Below, one piece after another: positions 54,937-64,000 of a stretch of 64,000 nucleotides of DNA (the stretch's first letter is position 1; every line of letters begins with the position of its first letter). The stretch comes from an uncultured Candidatus Saccharibacteria bacterium (GTDB lineage Bacteria; Patescibacteriota; Minisyncoccia; Phycocordibacterales; UBA918): assembly GCA_964350985.1 (NCBI GenBank), contig CAYGLK010000002.1, forward strand, positions 382 to 64,381, read 5' to 3'. The notes beneath the pieces were generated by a model, which saw only the letters and a list, made by a program, of their open reading frames with translations, did not search any database and was not told where the DNA came from. The position numbers and the translations under genes were made by a program.

Positions 54937-55289
54937 AATATTAAAATATACTAGATTTACTTGATAAGCTCAACTTATAAGCAGAACCAGGTTAAATAAA
55001 TAATCTATTTACCAGTTTTTCGTTGTGTATTTCGAGGGTGTCCTTCCATCCGTGAGGCCACCCGACGCGGTTGCTGTATCTTATTAGTGTGATGGTTTAC
55101 GTTTAGTGCCCGTCCTGAATGGTTTTTACTCATAGACATTAATTGTACTCCATGAGCTTAGTGAAACATACAGAGAAGGTTGTAAAAACATTATCATTTA
55201 CCAATTAAGAAAGGTTGTAAATATTATGATGAGAATTTTAACCCTGTGGACAGCAGCTTTTAAAAGTGTATACTTTTACTTGCTTCCCT

Positions 55290-55362
55290 AGCGGGGTAGA
55301 GGAGTGGTACCTCGGGAGGCTCATAACCTCCAGACCCCGGTTCGAATCCGGGCCCCGCAACA
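55290..55362 (+). tRNA. Initiator tRNA-fMet (anticodon CAU)
   Basis: Unpaired 1:72 (A1xA72), A11:U24 pair, anticodon stem GGAGG/CCTCC with loop CTCATAA, T-loop TTCGAAT; preceded by TGTGTATACT -10 and followed by a terminator. Confidence 0.8.
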
Positions 55363-55365
55363 AAT

Positions 55366-55404
55366 AAAGAAAAACTGCCTTCAATTGAAGGCAGTTTTTC
55401 TTTA
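55366..55404 (+). terminator. Intrinsic terminator (gaaaaactgccttc-aatt-gaaggcagtttttc)
   Basis: 14-bp stem and T-run after tRNA-fMet. Confidence 0.65.
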
Positions 55405-55413
55405 TTTGACCTC

Positions 55414-56037
55414 TTAGTGCAATCCTAACTCAAAGAAAACACGACGATATTGCTTGATAGTGTCCTGAGCAAGTTTCTGGGTTAAGACAAAATCAGCTCC
55501 ACCATGGGCAATTTGGTTACGTATCTTGTGCGCCTGCCAAGCATCATCAAGTGACTCTAGTTGAGCTGGGGAGATACTACGCAACCGTTCCCCGAGAGAA
55601 GTCCCGCCGTATCCTGATTCTTTGAGTAATTCATCCAATATAATATCCGCTTCAATAATAGCCAGCTTCCAATCACTTGGGTTATCAGAACCAATATGAT
55701 CAAGCATGTCTTGGACCCGATTGTTTTTTGGTACACCAGTAAAATGTTCTTCGTATAACTGTTCCCTTCTTGTTCTAGCTTCCTCATCAAGTTGTTCCCG
55801 CATTTTCTTCCCCATTGATGCATGGATATACAAATATAGAAGAAAGATACAAAAAATATAAGCGCAGATAGCGTAGACAAACCAAACTGTATTTAAAAAC
55901 TCTAAAACAGCATCAACACTAAAGTAACCATTACCAGACAGGCGATCCAAAAGTGGAGTTAATATATCAAAACCGCCAGGCGAAAGTCTGGTTGTAGTAG
56001 CCTCTACTGCTGGTGAAGTAAGAGTAATTGGATCCAT
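55414..56037 (-). CDS. Hypothetical membrane-anchored protein
   Basis: 207 aa, one TM, helical C-terminal domain. Confidence 0.35.
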   Translation of the reverse strand: MDPITLTSPAVEATTTRLSPGGFDILTPLLDRLSGNGYFSVDAVLEFLNTVWFVYAICAYIFCIFLLYLYIHASMGKKMREQLDEEARTRREQLYEEHFTGVPKNNRVQDMLDHIGSDNPSDWKLAIIEADIILDELLKESGYGGTSLGERLRSISPAQLESLDDAWQAHKIRNQIAHGGADFVLTQKLAQDTIKQYRRVFFELGLH

Positions 56038-56047
56038 TATTGAAAAC

Positions 56048-57463
56048 TTAGAGACGTTCGTCGTAGACCTTTTCCGCTATTTCAAACAGACGAGCGTCAC
56101 CACCATGTGGTGCTATATATTGTACCCCAACCGGAAGCTTGATACCTTCCCTTTCAACTGTACCCATCGGGAAAGATATTGCTGGAACACCGGTTAGATT
56201 TACTGGTACTGTAAAAATATCTTGTCGATACATCGCCAAAACATCTTCTTGCTCTCCGATTTTGAAAGCTGGTGTTGGAGCGGTTGGTGTCAAAATAAAA
56301 TCAACTTGTTTAAAGTTTTTAGCTAGTTCAGCTCGCATTAAATCCCGGACTTGTTCTGCTTTACCATAGTAAGCATCATAGTAACCAGCAGACAAAACAT
56401 ACGTACCCAAAAGAATTCGTCGCTTCACTTCTGGACCAAAACCAAGAGCTCTGGTCTTCTGATAGACATCAAGTAAGTTATCACCCTCAGCTGAAAGCCC
56501 ATAACGAATACCGTCAAAACGAGCTAAGTTTGAAGAAACTTCAGCCGGCATCACAATATAGTAAGCCGCCAAACCTTTTTCAAAAATAGGTAAATCAATA
56601 TCAACAACGTTGTGCCCCATCTCTTTTAGTGAAGCAACGTGATCGTTGAAAGTAGTCAAAACATCAGGATCAATTCCGTCTGTTAGAAACTTACTTGGGA
56701 TACCAAAAGTGTAAGTCTTTTTTGCGGGCATTTCTGGATAGGTATCTTTAGAAATAGTAGTTGCATCATTTGGATCAATGCCAGAAATTACTTCATGAAG
56801 TAATTTTGTATCAGCAACCGTATTAGTCAGCGGTCCAGCTTGATCAAGTGAAGAACCCATAGCAATCAAACCAAAACGTGAGACAGCTCCATAGGTCGGT
56901 TTAAACCCGACAAGTCCACAAAAACTAGCTGGTTGACGCACTGAACCGCCAGTGTCCGTACCTAATGCAGCCGGTACCGCACCCATTGCCACAGCAGCAG
57001 CTGACCCTCCTGAAGAACCACCTGGAACTCGCTTCAGGTCATGAGGATTTTTAGTGACACCAAAAGCTGAATTCTCAGTCGAGCCACCCATAGCAAACTC
57101 ATCCATGTTAGTAGTACCAATAAAGATAGCACCTGCCGCTCGCAATCTTTCGATCACAGTAGCGTCATAAACCGCTGTATAATTTTCTAAAATTTTTGAA
57201 GAGGCGGTAGCTTTCTTCCCCTTAATCAAAATATTATCCTTGATCGCCAAAGGTATTCCAAGCAAACTAGGTGTTTTTTCTCTATCTTTCTTGTAAAGAG
57301 CTGTGGCTGCTTCTGCTTCAGCTCTCGCTTCTTTAAACACAGCTGAAAAAGCTTTTATATCTTCATTATCTTTTTCGATAACTTTAATAGCATCATCAAA
57401 AACCTGTACTGGTGTTAGCTCTCCAGAAATAAACTTTTTTCGCAGCTCAGTAATAGTAAGCAT
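56048..57463 (-). CDS. gatA: Glutamyl-tRNA(Gln) amidotransferase subunit A
   Basis: Amidase signature GGSSGGSAAAVA, 471 aa. Confidence 0.9.
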   Translation of the reverse strand: MLTITELRKKFISGELTPVQVFDDAIKVIEKDNEDIKAFSAVFKEARAEAEAATALYKKDREKTPSLLGIPLAIKDNILIKGKKATASSKILENYTAVYDATVIERLRAAGAIFIGTTNMDEFAMGGSTENSAFGVTKNPHDLKRVPGGSSGGSAAAVAMGAVPAALGTDTGGSVRQPASFCGLVGFKPTYGAVSRFGLIAMGSSLDQAGPLTNTVADTKLLHEVISGIDPNDATTISKDTYPEMPAKKTYTFGIPSKFLTDGIDPDVLTTFNDHVASLKEMGHNVVDIDLPIFEKGLAAYYIVMPAEVSSNLARFDGIRYGLSAEGDNLLDVYQKTRALGFGPEVKRRILLGTYVLSAGYYDAYYGKAEQVRDLMRAELAKNFKQVDFILTPTAPTPAFKIGEQEDVLAMYRQDIFTVPVNLTGVPAISFPMGTVEREGIKLPVGVQYIAPHGGDARLFEIAEKVYDERL

Positions 57464-57467
57464 AAAA

Positions 57468-57764
57468 TTATCCTTCAGTATTTAAAATCTTTTTCACCAC
57501 CATAAACCGGCCATCTGTCTCAGGCATTTCAGCTAAGATAGCATCTGTGAATTGATCGGGTTCATTAGTAACTTCGTCTTTCCGAAACACATTATGAACC
57601 GCTCCAACTTTCTTCTCTGATGATGCTTCGTCACCAACAATATCTTTAATTTGACCAACATAGTCTAAGACTGATGATATTTCATCAGTAAAAGTAGCAA
57701 TTTCTTCCTCAGTCAACTCAATACGAGCAAGCTTAGCTAAGTGTGTGACCTCTTCTTTATTCAT
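57468..57764 (-). CDS. gatC: Glutamyl-tRNA(Gln) amidotransferase subunit C
   Basis: 98 aa, VTHLAKLARIELTEEE...; immediately upstream of gatA. Confidence 0.85.
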   Translation of the reverse strand: MNKEEVTHLAKLARIELTEEEIATFTDEISSVLDYVGQIKDIVGDEASSEKKVGAVHNVFRKDEVTNEPDQFTDAILAEMPETDGRFMVVKKILNTEG

Positions 57765-57793
57765 AGAATTGCATCATAACATCTCACCTAAAA

Positions 57794-60568
<2,775 letters not shown>

Positions 60569-60591
<23 letters not shown>

Positions 60592-61150
60592 AAAGATAAG
60601 TATCTACTTCTACTCTCTGCTCTTCAATCAAAGAACCAGTCCTCCAAGTTACTACAGAACGAACCCAGACCTCTCCAGCATCTGCTTCGAGGAAAATCTT
60701 TCTAGTAAAGGGTGTTGCTGTGTTACTTAGGTCATCGTCATGAGTAAACCGTGAGCGGTTAAGATTTAAGTCATCATCACTTCGATAGATACGACAAGCA
60801 TTTGGGCTACAAGGCACAGCTGGTGCAATAGTGCCGTCTACCCCAGACCACTCTAAACCACAGCCGGGTCCGTCGTAACAGTCTTCGTAAATACCTCCGC
60901 TATTATCTGTAAAATTGGTCCAGCCATTTGTTAAATTAGCTAACAATAAGTCGTTTCGGGCTTTTTCCACTAACTCAATCCCTTCTTGGGCTAAGAAGAA
61001 TGCTTGAATCTGCTCAGTAGCAAAACTAGAACTCTTGGCCGCTCTGGTAGAGATAGTCATCGGTCCAACAATCACAATCAAAAGAATAGAAATAGCCACC
61101 AATGTTTCCACTAGAGAAAAGCCAGCTTGTTTTTTTTGAAAGAAAATCAT
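60569..61150 (-). CDS. Prepilin-type N-terminal cleavage/methylation-domain protein (pseudopilin)
   Basis: AGFSLVETLVAISIL class III signal. Confidence 0.6.
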
Positions 61151-61779
61151 AAATCAAGAATACGTTGAGTTACCGTGGTTTGTAGATAGTAAACCTTACT
61201 ATCTGCACTTTCCTTTTCGACCGCCTCAATATAAATAGTAACAGTTGGTTGTTCAGTGTCACCATCGTCCAAGTCTTCGCTACCGGAAACATAAAATTGC
61301 ATCTCACTGATCTCTAGTCCGGAAGAGACAATCGACTGTGCTGTGCCGTTCCCAACTCGACGCCAAATAGTCTTTTCATCTTCAGCGTAATAATACAAAA
61401 TTCGATCATCATCTCCAGAGAGGCTATTTCCTCCCTCAAAGAAAGAAATCCCTTGTCTTAAAGCTCCGTTACGACCGTCAGCACAATCTTGAGTAGTTGT
61501 AGCCAAAGATTCGTGTCCAGCACCGGTAAACACAGTACTGCTATCTGTATCTGTGGAAGCACAGTAATAATTATAGCCAGTACGGATCTCTCTAGTCATC
61601 GTATCTAGCGCGAAAGAAAGATTTGTCATAACACTTTGCTCGGCCTGAAGTTGCTGGTTGGTTGAGATCAAAACCAACATTGCTCCCACTGCTGTAGTAA
61701 CCACAATAGAAAAAACTCCCAAAGAAACAATCATTTCAATTAGTGTAAAACCGAGATTATTATTTTTGAGTTTTTTCAT
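61147..61779 (-). CDS. Prepilin-type pseudopilin (PilW/PilV-like)
   Basis: LGFTLIEMIVSLGVFSIV class III signal. Confidence 0.6.
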   Translation of the reverse strand: MKKLKNNNLGFTLIEMIVSLGVFSIVVTTAVGAMLVLISTNQQLQAEQSVMTNLSFALDTMTREIRTGYNYYCASTDTDSSTVFTGAGHESLATTTQDCADGRNGALRQGISFFEGGNSLSGDDDRILYYYAEDEKTIWRRVGNGTAQSIVSSGLEISEMQFYVSGSEDLDDGDTEQPTVTIYIEAVEKESADSKVYYLQTTVTQRILDL

Positions 61780-61800
61780 TTTAAATAAAGGTCTTTAGAT

Positions 61801-62592
61801 TTAAGACTCCTCAAGCTCTCCTCCCCCTCCTGGGTCAATAGTCCCGCCTCCACCAGGTTCAATGATTACACCCCCTCCTGGATCAATTGTTCCACTCCCT
61901 CCTCCGCCTCCACCCGGCTTTGTTCCTTCGTCATCGCCTCCACCCCCTGGATCAATTGGATCTTGTATTTGATTTGGAGGTGTTGAGTTTACTGATTGAA
62001 CAATGATCTGACCTGTTTTTGACACTTCGATAGTTCGCAGACTTCCCGCCCCTTCATCAGTTGAGCCTTTTAAGCGAATTCCTAACTCAACTCCTGTAAC
62101 TCCTAAAACCTCTTCATCATCTCCATCAACATAAAATCGAGCATCAAAGTTTGGTCTTTCAAAAATAATAGATACGGCTTGTGGAGTTGATTCCCCAGCC
62201 CCAGTTAATGTTATCTGATCTAACTCAAAACGACGATCAATATTTTCTCTTTTACCAATCTCTTCTCCTAGGTCGTAGTTAAAATTCTTTTCACCACCAC
62301 CAAAACCGTCTACAAAGACTAGATACGAATTTGGATTTAGGGTGGTATTAAAGTAGAGTCCAGTAACATTACGATATTCATCACCCTGTCCAACAGCACT
62401 GACTGCTTGAAGCTGCACTTCACGCATCTTCAGAGCGATATCATAAGCTTGTGAACGTAGTAAGACAGCACTGTTATAACTATCGTGTCTAGCTAAAATA
62501 ACGCTAGTCACTAATACCACGATACTAATACTAACCATGAGCTCTATCAGCCCAAAACCAATCTGCAGTGTATTTTTATTTTTTTTATGCAT
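61801..62592 (-). CDS. Prepilin-type pseudopilin with Gly-rich PGGGG C-terminal repeats
   Basis: IGFGLIELMVSISIVVLV class III signal; C-terminal DPGGGGDDEG...GGGGGGSGTIDPGGG. Confidence 0.55.
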   Translation of the reverse strand: MHKKNKNTLQIGFGLIELMVSISIVVLVTSVILARHDSYNSAVLLRSQAYDIALKMREVQLQAVSAVGQGDEYRNVTGLYFNTTLNPNSYLVFVDGFGGGEKNFNYDLGEEIGKRENIDRRFELDQITLTGAGESTPQAVSIIFERPNFDARFYVDGDDEEVLGVTGVELGIRLKGSTDEGAGSLRTIEVSKTGQIIVQSVNSTPPNQIQDPIDPGGGGDDEGTKPGGGGGGSGTIDPGGGVIIEPGGGGTIDPGGGGELEES

Positions 62593-63418
62593 AACTTAAT
62601 AGTGAAACAACATCGATTCCCCAAAACAGGACGGTCAGGTATCCTAGAATCAAAAACGGAGCAAACGGAACAGCACTTTTAATTGTAAGCTCTGCTGGCA
62701 AGAAACGTAAGTGCGGTTGTCCACGTCGCTTTATTTTCTGATACCCAAGTAAAATAAGTCCGACCAAAGCACCAATCCAAAAAGATAGAACGACCAAAGA
62801 AAATACTGAGGCGTAACCAACTCCAAGAGCGAGTGGAATAACAAGCTTTACGTCCCCAAAACCAATCCAACGACCGTCTGAAAATCGCCACAATAAAAGT
62901 AAAAACAGTGAAGCTAGTAGCGCTGCCATAATATTCCAGGCAAAGTTAACTAATGGCACTCCTGTTAGATGAAGGTAGAACTGATTACCTAATACTAAAC
63001 CTAAAACAGCCAAGGTTAACTCGTCTGGAATGATAAAGTGATAGATATCATAAACAGCAATAACTACTAGTACTGAAACAGTAGCAAGCAAAAAGAACAT
63101 GCTGTAGATATCATTGACTGTTAGTACTACACCAACAAACAAACTTCCAGTTAATAACTCGACCCAGAAGTAACGTGAAGGGATATAAGAGTGACAAGTG
63201 CGACACCTTCCACGCAAAAATAAATATGAAAACAACGGAAATAACTCGTAAAACTTAAGAGGTGTCGCACACGATAAGCAGTGTGAATTACCCATCAGAG
63301 ACTTACCAGTATGAAAACGGTAAATATAGACATTGAGAAAGCTACCGATAATTACCCCAAACATGAAGGCAATAGTTGCCAGTAAACTAGTTGGTAAGGT
63401 AGAAAGTAAATATTCCAT
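62585..63418 (-). CDS. pilD: Prepilin peptidase (A24 family)
   Basis: CLSCATPLKF...GRCRTCHSYIP tetracysteine motif and polytopic C-terminal domain. Confidence 0.85.
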   Translation of the reverse strand: MEYLLSTLPTSLLATIAFMFGVIIGSFLNVYIYRFHTGKSLMGNSHCLSCATPLKFYELFPLFSYLFLRGRCRTCHSYIPSRYFWVELLTGSLFVGVVLTVNDIYSMFFLLATVSVLVVIAVYDIYHFIIPDELTLAVLGLVLGNQFYLHLTGVPLVNFAWNIMAALLASLFLLLLWRFSDGRWIGFGDVKLVIPLALGVGYASVFSLVVLSFWIGALVGLILLGYQKIKRRGQPHLRFLPAELTIKSAVPFAPFLILGYLTVLFWGIDVVSLLSYA

Positions 63419-63484
63419 ATTTCCTCAAGTATATCACCCAGGTATGCTCACCGATGAATGTTTTAACGGATAAATGAGACAAAT

Positions 63485-63514
63485 AAAAAAGCGCGCCCGG
63501 AGGCGCGCTTTTTA
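63485..63514. terminator. Bidirectional terminator (aagcgcgcc-cgga-ggcgcgctt)
   Basis: GC stem with A and T runs downstream of pilA. Confidence 0.65.
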
Positions 63515-63528
63515 TTTAAACTATAAAG

Positions 63529-63945
63529 CTAGTTACAACTATAATCTGTATCAGATGACAAGGTAGTAGCTGTAGTAGTTGTAGCCATTCCCGAACTGTC
63601 AACACAGAAAAATCCACCGATATTCAAGTCGGCAGTAGCTGCCCATGCTTGCGCTGATTGGTTACAATCTAAAGCAGTTCCAGGTCCATTAGAAACTGCA
63701 GCTGTTCTAAGAGCAAGAGTTGTAGTAGAAGTACAAACTGTAGCGTATGAATAATTATTTGCGTTGTAGATAATTTCTGCTTGTGAACGCATGTTAGTCA
63801 TACTTTGCTTTACTGAAGCATCACTTCCTCCCTGACGTGCATCATTCAAAGAAGACAACACTACTGCTGCCAAAATACCGATAATAGCGATCACCACCAA
63901 AAGTTCGATGAGGGTGAAACCGCGTGAGAACATTGATTTTTTCAT
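63529..63945 (-). CDS. pilA: Type IV major pilin
   Basis: MKKSMFSRGFTLIELLVVIAIIGILAAVVL class III signal peptide, 138 aa, C-terminal Cys pair. Confidence 0.8.
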   Translation of the reverse strand: MKKSMFSRGFTLIELLVVIAIIGILAAVVLSSLNDARQGGSDASVKQSMTNMRSQAEIIYNANNYSYATVCTSTTTLALRTAAVSNGPGTALDCNQSAQAWAATADLNIGGFFCVDSSGMATTTTATTLSSDTDYSCN

Positions 63946-64000
63946 AATAATTTATTGATTTTAATTAATATTTTCTTTTTTTATTCAGATATCAGCTGTG

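Noticed and set aside
55021-55110. GC-rich intergenic segment upstream of tRNA-fMet considered as SRP (4.5S) RNA or other ncRNA
   Set aside because: Only a weak resemblance (GGATGGAAGGAC versus GGUCCGGAAGGAAGCAGC) to the SRP helix-8 motif and no convincing symmetric-loop/tetraloop structure on either strand. Left uncalled; a covariance-model search would settle it.

Overview
Low-GC (about 35-38%) bacterial chromosome window with dense, mostly minus-strand coding; UGA is used as a stop codon, so the standard code applies. The repertoire (many small conserved hypotheticals, a type IV pilus cluster, GatCAB, a giant surface protein) is consistent with a small-genome, possibly CPR/Patescibacteria-like organism; that lineage guess is inference only. 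The backbone carries housekeeping genes (ddl partial, lepA, murJ, mgtE, msrAB, pyrG, ftsEX, prfB, photolyase, gatCA, ligA, pilA/pilD and pseudopilins), an RNase P RNA, five tRNAs and a divergent ZIP-transporter/Fur(Zur) pair with a palindromic operator. The standout feature is a roughly 14-kb accessory island (about 31.1-45.3 kb) lying immediately 3' of tRNA-Gln(UUG). It is built from about 16 single-gene or small-operon cassettes, each bounded by a direct repeat (33-bp core, about 100 bp in extended copies) whose core resembles the 3' end of tRNA-Gln plus its downstream flank. Each repeat starts within 0-5 nt of the upstream ORF's stop codon, and is followed by a conserved extended -10 element (TGnTATACT) 5-9 nt before the next ATG, implying leaderless transcription. 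The cargo is mainly nucleotide/nucleoside and ADP-ribose housecleaning enzymes (two or three NUDIX, NADAR, HIT, HAD, MBL, two nucleoside-deoxyribosyltransferase-like proteins, a P-loop kinase, two SAM methyltransferases, a ParB-like nuclease), plus a three-gene 7TM-transglutaminase / ATP-grasp-retropepsin / QEGLA module. Several cassettes have clearly higher GC than the host. No integrase is visible in the window. A second tRNA-3'-fragment repeat structure (about 150 bp x 2.5 tandem copies) sits at a tRNA-Met(CAU) gene. All coordinates for features not in the ORF track are approximate (+/- 2 nt).
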